From Vulcanimicrobiota bacterium (GTDB taxonomy: Bacteria; Vulcanimicrobiota; Vulcanimicrobiia; Vulcanimicrobiales; Vulcanimicrobiaceae), in contig CAWHWQ010000001.1 of NCBI GenBank assembly GCA_963833095.1, positions 512,001 to 576,000 of the forward strand: a DNA stretch of 64,000 nucleotides, in the 5' to 3' direction. A program made the position numbers and the translations under genes. The notes beneath the pieces were generated by a model. It worked only from the letters and a program-made list of their open reading frames with translations. It was not told the DNA's origin and ran no database searches. Positions 27,931 through 38,528 of the stretch are shown here, one piece after another (position 1 is the first letter of the stretch; every line of letters starts with the position of its first letter).

Positions 27931-29279
27931 CGCCGCTACGCGTGCTGGTGATCGGGAGCGACGGCATTGCCGACGGACTGCGCTCCCTGCCCGAAGGTGA
28001 CACGCTCCAAATCGAAACCGCGAGCACGCTCGACGACGTGCTTGCCGGCCCAGTATCGGTCGACGTCGTGGTGGCCGATCGTCGTGGGATCGATGGCGGA
28101 AATGAGCGCCTCGCGCAACTTGCTCGCGCGCTCGCCCCCGTGCCGCTCGTCGTCGTCGGCGATGACGAATCGCTTGCGCGCACGATTTTCGCCGCAGCTG
28201 ATCGCGCGTGGCTGCGCGGATCGCTCGCCGCCGCGCTCGACGAGCTCGAATTGCAGCGCTCGGCCGTCATGCAGATTAGCCAACTCAAACACGACCTCGT
28301 GGCCACGCTCGCGCATGACATCAAAGGACCGCTCACCTCGATCATCGGCTTTGCCGAATTGCTCGAAGAAGGCTTTCTCGAGGGCGACGATGCCACCGAT
28401 GCCGCTAAAACGATTCGTTCCAACGCGCAACGGCTCGCCACCCTTGCCAACGATATGCTCGCCCTTTCACGCGTCGAGCACGGCGAGCTCGAGATTGCCG
28501 ATGACCGCGTCGATCTGGGCGACGTGTTGCGTGCGACCGTCGAGTCGATTGGCCCCGAGCGCGCGATCGAACTCGTTATCGACGTTGAGCACCCTCTGGT
28601 GCGCGGCGACGCCGAACGTTTGCGCCAAGTTTTCGACAACCTTCTAAGAAATGCGATCAAGTTTTCGCCCGGCGGCGAGCCGGTGCAGGTGCGCGTGAGC
28701 GAACAAGGCACCGGCTTTTATATCACCGTGCAAGATCACGGCATCGGCATTCCGCCCGACGAGATAAGCAAACTCTTCAATCGCTTTGCGCGCGCCTCCA
28801 ATGCGCGTAAGGCAAAAATCGCCGGAACCGGGGTCGGGCTCTTCATCGTCAAAACCATCGTCGAGCGCCACGGCGGCAACGTCGGGGTGCACAGCGCCAT
28901 CGGTAGCGGAAGCACGTTCTACGTCAGTTTGCCGGCGATCGAACGCGCCCAAGGGGATGGGCCCGGCCGCGTCACGATCGTAACGCAGGATCGTCGGCTC
29001 TCACGCTTTACCGCCTTCGAGTTGCGCGCGCGCGGGTTTCGCGTGCGCGAAGTAAGCGCTCCCGCTGAGGCCGCCACGGGCGCTCGAGCGGGTGACGTAA
29101 TCCTCGTCGACGGGCAGACCGCCGGCGCGCAGGAAACGCGCGAGGCGCTGGGTCAGGTCCCGGTTCGCATTATCGGCGTGGGTTCGTCACTCAGCGATGG
29201 GTGGGACGCGACACTCCCCAAACCGTTCTTGATCAGCGACTTGCTAACGGCGGTTAGCGGTCGCGCGGCGACGACGTAG
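27927..29279 (+). CDS. Cytoplasmic sensor histidine kinase with degenerate receiver-like domains
   Basis: LAHDIKGPLTSI H-box, NLLRNAIKFS N-box, DHGIGIP, GTGVGL; receiver-like N- and C-terminal segments (LPKPF). ATG overlaps the decarboxylase stop. Confidence 0.88.
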   Translation: MTPLRVLVIGSDGIADGLRSLPEGDTLQIETASTLDDVLAGPVSVDVVVADRRGIDGGNERLAQLARALAPVPLVVVGDDESLARTIFAAADRAWLRGSLAAALDELELQRSAVMQISQLKHDLVATLAHDIKGPLTSIIGFAELLEEGFLEGDDATDAAKTIRSNAQRLATLANDMLALSRVEHGELEIADDRVDLGDVLRATVESIGPERAIELVIDVEHPLVRGDAERLRQVFDNLLRNAIKFSPGGEPVQVRVSEQGTGFYITVQDHGIGIPPDEISKLFNRFARASNARKAKIAGTGVGLFIVKTIVERHGGNVGVHSAIGSGSTFYVSLPAIERAQGDGPGRVTIVTQDRRLSRFTAFELRARGFRVREVSAPAEAATGARAGDVILVDGQTAGAQETREALGQVPVRIIGVGSSLSDGWDATLPKPFLISDLLTAVSGRAATT

Positions 29280-30522
29280 CCGACGCGCTGAGTAAACTCA
29301 CCCGGCGCGTCGCGATGCCGACCGCGTCGGGATCGGTCCCCTTTTCGCCCAGTTGAAACTGAACGAGGGCATCGGGTCGATCGCCCTGCGCCTCGTAGGC
29401 GTCCCCGAGCAGTACGTGTAAGCGTCCATCGTCGTGCACCGATGCAATACCCTTGATCAGCACCGCCTGCTCGAGCACGTAGAGTTGATGCCGCTGGTAA
29501 TCTAGGGCCAGATCGATGTAGGCTTCGCGCAAATACGGATACATCTCGATCGCTCTGGCGTACTGCGCTACGGCGTGCTGCCAATCGTCCTGCACGTCGG
29601 CGAGGTAGCCGTAGTTGACGAACGTCTCGCCGCGTTCGGGCGCGAGCTTGTAGGCAATATCAAGCGTTTGCTTTGCGTCCTCGAGACGTTGCGCGAGGAG
29701 ATAGGTCGCCGCCATGTTGTCTTCACATTGATAGGACCCCGGCGCGATCCCAAGGCACCTCTTGAACGTCGCAATCGCGTTGTCAAAGTGGTGCAGATCG
29801 AGCTGCGCGAGGCCAAGACCGTTGAGCGCCGTGAGGTCGCGGGGATCCTGATCGAGCGCGCGATTGTAGTAAACCTCGGCTTGTTCGGGCTGGTGGATCG
29901 CGAACAGCACTTGGCCAAGTTCGCCTTGAATCGCGGGATCATTTGGGTACTGAAGCGCCAACTTCTGAACCGAGATTTCATATGCGGGAAGGTCGCCCTT
30001 GCGCTCGTGCAGTTCGACCAAATCGTTGACCGAGTCGGTGCCCGGCAGGGCCGCATTGAACTGCACGATCGCGTCGTCGACGCGGTTCTCTTCGGCGTAG
30101 ACGGTTCCAAGACGATTGTGCGTCTCTTTGTCGTAGGGCGCGGTCTTCAAGACTTCTTCGTAAACGAACTGAGCGCGTTGGATTTGGCCCGTCCGAAAGT
30201 AGAGGTCACCCAGGAAGCGACGTGGAGCGATTTCGCCTGGGTGGATGACCGTGTAGCGCGCAAGGCGCTCGATCGCGCCGGACATATTACCCGCGGCAAT
30301 CAGCTCGCGTGTCGCACGAATCGCGCCGGCGGGATCAGAAGGAAAGCCGTTGAGGACGCTGTCCCCATTGGTCAAGGTCGGGCCGTAGTACACGTCCGGC
30401 GTGCCCGGCTGAGCAGCCTGATCGGCGGCAGACGCGCGTAAAGGCGCGCCGGCAAACAAAGCCGCGAGAACGAGAGCGATACCAAGTGCGACGGCGCGGT
30501 GGTTCATCCCGGGCCTCCTCAT
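29254..30522 (-). CDS. Secreted tetratricopeptide repeat protein
   Basis: Signal peptide; repeated LG..Y...G...A..F TPR pattern. Confidence 0.82.
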   Translation of the reverse strand: MRRPGMNHRAVALGIALVLAALFAGAPLRASAADQAAQPGTPDVYYGPTLTNGDSVLNGFPSDPAGAIRATRELIAAGNMSGAIERLARYTVIHPGEIAPRRFLGDLYFRTGQIQRAQFVYEEVLKTAPYDKETHNRLGTVYAEENRVDDAIVQFNAALPGTDSVNDLVELHERKGDLPAYEISVQKLALQYPNDPAIQGELGQVLFAIHQPEQAEVYYNRALDQDPRDLTALNGLGLAQLDLHHFDNAIATFKRCLGIAPGSYQCEDNMAATYLLAQRLEDAKQTLDIAYKLAPERGETFVNYGYLADVQDDWQHAVAQYARAIEMYPYLREAYIDLALDYQRHQLYVLEQAVLIKGIASVHDDGRLHVLLGDAYEAQGDRPDALVQFQLGEKGTDPDAVGIATRRVSLLSASATSSPRDR

Positions 30523-30574
30523 AGTGACCCTATTGTACTCCTAATTCACGCGCGGGGTGACGCCCGTGTGACAA

Positions 30575-30615
30575 GACTCTATCCGGACAAAGCTGAAGCT
30601 TTGCCGGCTAGAGTC
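30575..30615 (-). terminator. Long hairpin (probable terminator) after nuoN-marR
   Basis: GACTCTA.CCGG.CAAAGC-TGAA-GCTTTG.CCGG.TAGAGTC imperfect palindrome; weak U-tract. Confidence 0.45.
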
Positions 30616-30632
30616 GCGCGGCTTCGCTCGCG

Positions 30633-31064
30633 CTACGAATCCTCGTCCCTGCAGTTTTCGGCGATTCGGTCGAGCATGTCGGCGAATTCGGCGCGTTCCT
30701 CGAGGGAGAAACCGCGCAGTGCATGCTCGGTCTGCTCACCGATAATTTCGGCAAGGGTGGGGCGCAAGTCAGTGCCCCGCTTCGTAAGGTAGATGCGCAC
30801 CGAGCGAGCGTCCTCGGGGTGCGCTCGGCGCGCAACCAGGCCGTCGCGCACCATGCGCTGCACCGTGCGCGTAACGGTCGGCATCTCGACACCGAGCCGG
30901 TCCGCGATCTCGCGCGGGGTGAGCCCGTCCTCCTCCCAGAGATGCCGGAGCACTTGATATTGTCCTAGGCGCAAACCCGAATGCTGCAACGTGCGATCGA
31001 CACGAGCGCGAAGTGCTCGAACCGCGTTCCCCAAGGCGCGAAAGACCTCGCTCTTGGGGTTCAT
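30633..31064 (-). CDS. MarR family transcriptional regulator
   Basis: GLTPREIADRLGVEMPTVTRTVQRMVRDGLV.R...PEDARSVRIYLT. ATG overlaps the nuoN stop. Confidence 0.9.
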   Translation of the reverse strand: MNPKSEVFRALGNAVRALRARVDRTLQHSGLRLGQYQVLRHLWEEDGLTPREIADRLGVEMPTVTRTVQRMVRDGLVARRAHPEDARSVRIYLTKRGTDLRPTLAEIIGEQTEHALRGFSLEERAEFADMLDRIAENCRDEDS

Positions 31065-32529
31065 CGCACGAGCGGAAGCACGTTGCTCGGCGTGAGCGGA
31101 TAGAACGTCATCACGATCACGAGGATCGACGCAGACCGCGGCGCTGATCCAGGCAAGCGGCACGAACGGTTTCGCATCGTGCTCGTGTGCCGTGCGCATC
31201 GCGCGCGTACATCGCGCGGATGATCTTCGCGTAGGCGTAGAGCGAGATCGCGGTGCCGACGATCAGCAGCGCCGCCGAGCCAGCGTAGCCGGCATTCACG
31301 CTGGTCGAAAGGATCAGGATCTTTCCGAGAAAGCCGGCCGTCGGCGGCAAGCCCGGCCAGCGCCAGCAAGAAGAACGTCATCAGCCGCGGCCAGCCACGG
31401 GCGGCGATGACCCGAGCCCGCGATAGTTCGCAAGCGCGAACCCTGCTTCGCCGTCGCCCGAAAGCAGCGCGGCGACCGCGAACGCGCCGAGGTTCATGAA
31501 CGTGTACGCCGCGAGATAGAAGATCGCGTAGCGCAGCCCGAGCGCCGTCGCTCCGGCGAGCGCGGTCAAGAATGTAGCCGACCTGCGCGATGCCGGAATA
31601 CGCGAGCAGGCGCTTGAGATCGTGTTGCGCGAGCATGCCGACGTTGCCGACGATCATCGAGATCGCCGGCGACGATCCAGATCGGCAAGCAGCAGACGCT
31701 CCTCGACGCCGGGCGGCAGCGCCGCATAGATGAAGCGCGCGAACACCGCGAGCGTCGCCGGCTTTGGTTGCGACGCTCATGAACGCGGTGACCGGCAGCG
31801 GCGCGCCTTCGTAGACGTCGGGCGCCCAGGCGTGAAACGGCACGAGACTCAGCTTGAACGCGATGCCGATCGAGGAACAAGCCGGCGCCCATCCAGAAGC
31901 AGCGGATTGCGCGGCGAGCGCGGGATTCACGAAATCGGCGAGCATCACGCTCCCGCTCGCGCCGAACAGCAGCGCCATGCCGAAGAGCAAAAATCCCGAC
32001 GCCGTCGAGCAGAGGATCAGATACTTCAGCGCCGATTCGCGCGCCGTCTTGCGATCGGCCAGTCCCGCACAGACAGTAGAGCGCGAGCGAGAGCAGCTCG
32101 AGCCCGAGGAAGATCGTCATCAGGTTGGCGGCGCCGGCCATGAGCATCGCGCCGCAGCGCGCTCCACAGCATGAGCGCGGTCGTGCCGGCGACGCGATCG
32201 CGCCGGCCCGATCGCGCCGTAGAGCATCGAGCGACCCGAGCAGCGCGATCAGGATGATCTCTTCGAAGACCGTCGTGAATCCGCCGGTCATGAAGCCGCC
32301 GAAGAACGCGTTGTAGTCGTGGCCGTACTGCTGCGCGCGCGAGCACGCCCGCCGGCGATCGCGCCGGCCAACGCCGATGCACGATCGCAGACGTAGCGGT
32401 TGACGCGGTCTTGCGGCGCGAGCAAGATCCGGCGAGCAGCACGACGCAGCGCGGCGACCGCGAGCACCGCGATCGGCAGCGACCGCGTTCCAATCGGCGC
32501 TGCGTAAACGGAATCGTCATCGACGTCAC
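31061..32529 (-). CDS. nuoN: NADH-quinone oxidoreductase subunit N (frameshifted)
   Basis: FLGLELLSLALY, FKLSLVPFHAWAPDVYEGAP, KRLLAYSGIAQVGY, PPTAGFLGK fragments. Confidence 0.85.
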
Positions 32530-33944
32530 TTGGCATCGACCGCGTCAAGCGCCGAGCCATGATCGCGCGTGCGGCTGCACGCCGAGCAGAACCAGCGCGG
32601 CCAGCAGCGGCGCGACCGCCAAGCCTTCGATCCAGGTGAGATCGCGGCGCACCGGCAAGATCGTCGACCTCGGGCCCGTTCATGACGCCTTGGAACAGCC
32701 GCAGCATGTACGCCGCCGCGAGGACGATCGCGACCAGCGCGACGATCGCGGCCCACGTCGAAGCCGGCCTGATAGACGCCGGTGAGGATCACGATCTCGC
32801 CGGCGAATCCGGCGAGGCCCGGCAACCCGAGCGCCGCGAGCGCCGCGATGCAGAGCGCGCCGGCGAGGCGCGGGTTGCTTCGCACCCAGGCCGCCGAGAC
32901 GCGATGAGCGAGCGCGTCTCCTCGCGCTCTTCGACATAGCCGAGCATGAGGAAGAGCGCGGCCGAAAACAGTCCGTGCGCGACGATGTAGACGAGCGCGC
33001 CTTGCAGCGCGAGCGGATTGAACGAGGCGATCGCGATGAGGATCAGCCCAAGATGCGAGAGCGACGAGTACGCGACGATGCGCTTGGCATCGTTCTGCAT
33101 GAGCGCGATGACCGCGCCGTAGATCAGCGAGATCGCGCCGAGCACGACGATCAGCGGCGCCGGCAGTACTGCGCACGTAGTCCGGCAAGAACGCCAGCGC
33201 GATCGCGATGAATCCGTAGAGGCCGGCTTTGGACTGCACCGCGCTCGACGACCGCGACCATCGGCGGCGGCAGGTCCGCTGTAGGTCGGCGGCATCCACG
33301 TGTGCAGCGGCCAGACCGGCGTCTTCACCAAGAACGCGAACGCGAAGCCGGCAAAGATCCACGGCGCCCACGAGCCGACCAGATGCACGCCGGCTGCGCC
33401 CGATGACGTCGGTCGAACCGTAGATGACGCCGAACGCGGCGGTCGCAAGCAGCAGCGTCAGGCCGCCGGCGAAGTTGTAGATGAAGTAGCGCCACGCCGT
33501 CGACGCGATGTTCGCCCCAGCCGAGCAGCGCGAAGAAGACCGGCAGCAGCATCAGATCCCAGAACAGCGCGAACGACCAGCAGGTCGCGCGCCAGGAACA
33601 CGCCCAGCATCGCGCCTTCGAGCAAGAGCAGCAGCGCGATGAATCGCGCGTGCGCGCGGCACGTTGGTCGCCAGAATCGCGCACGAACGTGCAGAGCGCG
33701 AGCAGGAGCGCGAGCCAGAACGAAATCGGCGTCGCGCCGAAGTGGAACGCGGACTTCGAACGGACGCGAGAGCCAGCGGAACGCTCCACTCCTGCGTCGC
33801 GCCGCGACTAGCAGCATGACGAACGTTGCACGCGCAACGAGCGCTCCGACCGCCTTCGAGATCCGCCGGTCGTCCGCGCGGCAGCGCGAACAGACGCAGG
33901 CCCGGCGATCGATCGGGAGGAGGATCGTCGCGAGCGACGAGCAT
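32526..33944 (-). CDS. nuoM: NADH-quinone oxidoreductase subunit M (frameshifted)
   Basis: FALFWDLMLLP, VKTPVWPLHTWMP, KRIVAYSSLSHLG, GLPGLAGFAGE fragments. Confidence 0.85.
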
Positions 33945-35970
33945 CTAGTGCGGTACCTCCGGCGACGATCGCGTAGTAGACGATGAAGCACGCCGCGCCG
34001 AACACCAGGATCAGCGCGTACGCGCGCACGAGACCGGTCTGGAACGATCGCGTCGAACGTCGCCGAGCCAGCTGCGCCGAGATCGCGCGACTTCGCGAAC
34101 CGCGCCGTCGATGACGTGCGGATCGAGACTCGGCCGAAGAGCGTGCCGAGCAGCTGCGCGCTGCGCACGAAGAGCAGGTCGAGCGCGGCATCGAAGTAGA
34201 ACGCGTTGCGTGAGGATCGCGCGGCATGCGCACCGATTCGTTGCGCAGCCGCTCGACGGCATCCGCCTGCGCGCCGTCGCGTCGCGTAGCGCATCCACGC
34301 GATCGCCGAATGCCGGCCAGCACGAGCACGAGCACGATGCCGCTGGTCGTCAGCCTTCGCGAGATCGTCGGTGACGAGCCAGTGCCGGATGCGGAACATT
34401 GCCGGCGAAGAACTTGCGCCCACGGCGAATGCTCGCCGCCGAACATCAGCCAGCCGAGCAGCACCGTCGGGACGATCAGGATCGCGACCGGCACGATCAT
34501 GAACCACGCGGCGCGCGTGATGCGTGCGACTCGTGCGTCGGCGTTCGCAGCGTCGCGGCGTTCCGGCGAGCTCCGGATGGCGAATACCGAGGTCGGACGG
34601 ATCGACGTCGCCGCGATACGTCGCCGAAGAACGTGACGAAGAGCAGGCGGAACATGTAGTACGCGGTGATGCCGGCGGTGAGGATGCCGACCGCATAGAG
34701 CCACGGATGGCCGTGCTGCGAGCGCGCCGTAGATCACTTGATCCTTACTGAAGAATCCGCTGAAGCCGGGGATGCCGCAGATCGAGAGCACGCCGGTGAG
34801 CATCGCCCAGAACGCGAACGGCAGCTTCTTGCGCAGGCCGCCCATCCGGCGCACGTCTTGTTCGTTGGCGAGCGCGTGGATGATGATGCCCGCCGCCAGG
34901 AAGAGCTGCGCCTTAAAGAACGCGTGCGTGAAGAAATGCGCGACGCCGCCTTCGTACGCGCCGACGCCGACGCCCATGATCATGTAGCCGATCTGCGACA
35001 TCGTCGAATAGGCGAGAATCCGTTTGATATCCCACTGCGCGCAGCCGAGGATCGCGCCGAGCAAGCGCGGTAGCGCCGCCGATCGTTCCGACCAGCACCT
35101 GCGCATCTCGGTTGCTGACTCCACAGCGGCGCGCAGCGCGCAATGAGATAGACGCCGGCCGTGACCATCGTCGCGGCGTGGATCAGCGCCGAGACCGGCG
35201 TCGGGCCTTCCATCGCGTCGGGCAGCCAGGTGTGCAGCGGGATCTGCGCCGACTTCGCCGCCGCGCCGATGAAGAGCCCGAGGCAGATGGCGAACAGCCA
35301 GCGGCGTGCCATACGAACCCGCGGCGGCGAAAGCATCGCCGAACCCGATCGAGTGCACCGACGTCGAAGATCAGCGAAGATCGCGAACATGATGCCGACG
35401 TCGCCGACGACGTTGATGACGAACGCTTTGCGCGCCGCCGCGACCGCCGACGGCTTGAAGAACCAGAAGCCGATCAGGAAGTACGACGCGAGGCCGACCA
35501 GCCCCCAGCCGACCAGCAGTCCGACGAAGTTGTCGGAGAGCACCAGCGTCAGCATCGCGAAGACGAAGAAATTCATGTACGCGAAGAACCGCGCGAAGGC
35601 GTTGTCGCCATCCATGTAGCCGATCGAGTAGACGTGGATCAAGAAGCCGACGCCGGTGATGATCAACGTCCAGAGCAGCGAGAGCGGATCGAACAGCAGG
35701 CCGAAGTCGAAGCCCGGGATCCAGCGAGAACAGCGCCTGATGCGCGCCGACAGATCCACGCCGCCGCTCGAAAGTGCTGCGTTCCATCGCGCCAGAGCCA
35801 TAGCGTTGCGACGAACGAGACGCCGATCAGCGCCGACGCGAGCCGGCCGGCCGCGCGCTTGAGCTGCGGCCCGAAGGCCCAGCAGAACGATCGCACCCGC
35901 AAGCGGCAAGCAGCCAGAGCGCGACGAGCAACGGATAGGATCCGTCGACTCCCATGACGTGGTGCACCAT
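33945..35970 (-). CDS. nuoL: NADH-quinone oxidoreductase subunit L (frameshifted)
   Basis: IHVYSIGYM, KSAQIPLHTWLPDAMEGPTPVSALIHAATMVTAG, KRILAYSTMSQIGY, QTGLVRAY. Confidence 0.88.
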
Positions 35971-35978
35971 GCGCTGCG

Positions 35979-36295
35979 CTACCCTTTCAAAGCGCGACTT
36001 CGTCGACGTCGACGATCTTGGCGCTGCGGAACACCGTCACCACGATCGCCAGGCCGATCGCGGCTTCGGCCGCGGCGACGGTAATCACCAGAAACGCGAA
36101 GATGTGTCCGGCGTTGTTCAGCCACGCGCGCGCGAACGCTCATGAAGAGCAGGTTCGCGGCGTTGAACATCAGCTCGATCGCACATCAGCATGATCAGCG
36201 GATTGCGCCGCAGCGACCACGCCGGCGACGCCGATGAAGAAGATCACCGCCGCGAGCGCGACGTAGTTCGCTAGCGGCACGGGCATCGCGCTCAT
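35979..36295 (-). CDS. nuoK: NADH-quinone oxidoreductase subunit K (frameshifted)
   Basis: [32 protein letters not shown] fragments; position in operon. Confidence 0.82.
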
Positions 36296-36909
36296 TGCTC
36301 GCCTCCGCGCAGGATCGCTTCGCGCATCTCGCGCTCGCACTTGCTCGGCGCGCTTCTTGCGTCGACAGATACGGCGTGTCTGATCGCCGGCCAGCAGCAC
36401 GACGCCGATCACCGCGACCATCAGGATCAGCGCCGTGATTTCGAACGGGCAGCAGGTGCACGGTGAACAGCGCGTTGCCGAAATCGGCGACGCTGACCGA
36501 AGACGTCGGCCGTGCCCGGCCGGGCCGAGCGTCGACGTACGGCGAGGTCGAAGGCGTCGCGACCGTCGTGTCGCGCCAGCGCCCAAGTCAAGAAACCCGA
36601 GCGCGATGAGCACCAGCGGCAATCGCCGGATACGCGATCTTCGGCAACCGGTCGGGTCCCTGTCGCAAACGGCGCGACGCCGCTGCTGAGAGCAGCGCGA
36701 TCACGAACACGAACAGGACAGGATCGCGCCCGAGTACACGATGATCTGCATCACCGCCAAGAACTCCGCGTTCAGCGTGAGGTACAGTCGCCGCGAGCGC
36801 GGCGAAATGCACCAGCAGCCCGACGACGCTATAGACCGGCTTCTTGGCCGTGACGGTCCAGATCGCGCTAGCGATAATGACCAGCGCCGAGCATCCAAAA
36901 CGCGATCAT
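36292..36909 (-). CDS. nuoJ: NADH-quinone oxidoreductase subunit J (frameshifted)
   Basis: LNAEFLAVMQIIVYSGAI and PFEITALILMVAVIG fragments. Confidence 0.82.
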
Positions 36910-37502
36910 CCGGCCAGACCCTCTGCGCTGCGTCTTGAGAATCTCGCCGCGATTCGTCGCGCGTAGCCCTCGGCGATGTCGGTCGTCGATTTCATATCGG
37001 CGACGCGGCCGAGATCGGCGGGAATGCCGCCCGGGCGCTCGTCCGGCGCGGCGCCGACGCCGGCTTCCGGCGGCACGAGCAGACGGTCTTTCGAATAGAT
37101 GAACGAGCCGCGGCGGTAGTCGGCCATCTCGAAGCGCGGCGTCAGCACGATCGCGTCGGTCGGGCACGCTTCTTCGCACATGCCGCAGAAGATGCAGCGC
37201 AGTTCGTCGATCTCGTAGCGCGCGGCGTAGCGTTCGCCCGGCGAGACCCGGTCGTCCGGCGCGTTTTCCGCGCCGATGACCGTGATCGCGTTGGCCGGGC
37301 ACGCGCTCGAGCACAGCTCGCAGCCGATGCAGCGTTCTTTGCCGTCGTCGTAGCGGCGCAGTTCGTGCAGGCCGTGAAAGCGCGGCGCGTGCTGCTTCTT
37401 CACCGACGGATATTCGATCGTCGGCCGTTTCGCGAACATGAACTTGAACGTGATGCCAAGCCCCTGCAGGATCGCCCCGACGTTGAAGAGATGTTTTCTC
37501 AT
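36906..37502 (-). CDS. nuoI: NADH-quinone oxidoreductase subunit I
   Basis: Two 4Fe-4S motifs, [12 protein letters not shown] and [17 protein letters not shown]. Confidence 0.93.
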   Translation of the reverse strand: MRKHLFNVGAILQGLGITFKFMFAKRPTIEYPSVKKQHAPRFHGLHELRRYDDGKERCIGCELCSSACPANAITVIGAENAPDDRVSPGERYAARYEIDELRCIFCGMCEEACPTDAIVLTPRFEMADYRRGSFIYSKDRLLVPPEAGVGAAPDERPGGIPADLGRVADMKSTTDIAEGYARRIAARFSRRSAEGLAG

Positions 37503-37532
37503 TTGGGACACCCCCAATGGACTTTTCTGCTG

Positions 37533-38528
37533 CTAGCCACGAAATGCGACCAATGGCCGTCACGACCAGATTGAGCGTGGCCACCGGCAGCAGCACCTTC
37601 CAGCCGAACGCCATCAGGCGATCGTAGCGCAAGCGCGGCAGCGTCGCGCGCAGCCACATATAGAAGAACATGAACGCCCCGACCTTGAGCAGGAACCAGA
37701 CGATGCCGGGAACGGCATGCGTCAAGGCCGAACAGCGCGTTCCAGCCGCCGAAGAACAGCAGCGTCGCGATGCACGAGACGGTGAGCATGTTGACGTACT
37801 CGGCGATGAAGAACAGGCCGAACCGCAAGCCCGAGTACTCGGTGTGGAAGCCGGCGACCAGTTCGGTCTCGGCTTCGACCAAGTCGAACGGCGCGCGATT
37901 GGTTTCGGCGACCGCGGTAATGATGTAGATGATGAAGCCGACGATCTGCGGGACGACGAACCACCAGCGTCGCTTGCGCGTCGACGATGCCGTCGAGCGA
38001 GTCGTTCCGGCCAGGATCAGCACGCCGATCGAACGAGAGCGACATCGAGAGTTCGTAGCTGATCATCTGTGCGGTCGAGCGCACGCTGCCGAGCAGCGGA
38101 TACTTCGAACCCGAGGCCCAGCCGCCGAGCGAAATGCCGTAGACGCCGAGCGACGTGATCGCGAGCAAGAACAAGATGCCGGCGTTGACGTTGCCGATCG
38201 CCCACGTCCCGGCGGAGCTGCGCCGAACGGAATGACCGCGTAGACCGCAAACGCGGTCAGCAGCGAGATGAACGGCGCCAAACGGTAGATCAGCGGATCG
38301 GCCGTCTTGGGCGTGAGGTCTTCCTTGAGGATCAGCTTGGCCGCATCGGCTGCCGGCTGCATCAATCCCCACGGTCCGACGCGGTTCGGCCCCGGCCGCA
38401 GCTGCATCCAGCCCAGGATCTTGCGCTCGGCGAGCATCGCGTACGCGAACGTCGTGATCACGACCAGCAGCAGAATCGCGGACTTGATCAGGACGACAAC
38501 CCAAACGGGCATCGCGAGCGATAGTCAT
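37533..38528 (-). CDS. nuoH: NADH-quinone oxidoreductase subunit H (frameshifted)
   Basis: [56 protein letters not shown]. Confidence 0.9.

Noticed and set aside
30575..30615. c-di-GMP riboswitch upstream of the TPR gene (GCAAAGC motif)
   Set aside because: No GNRA-loop/receptor two-stem architecture; a simple long hairpin explains the sequence.
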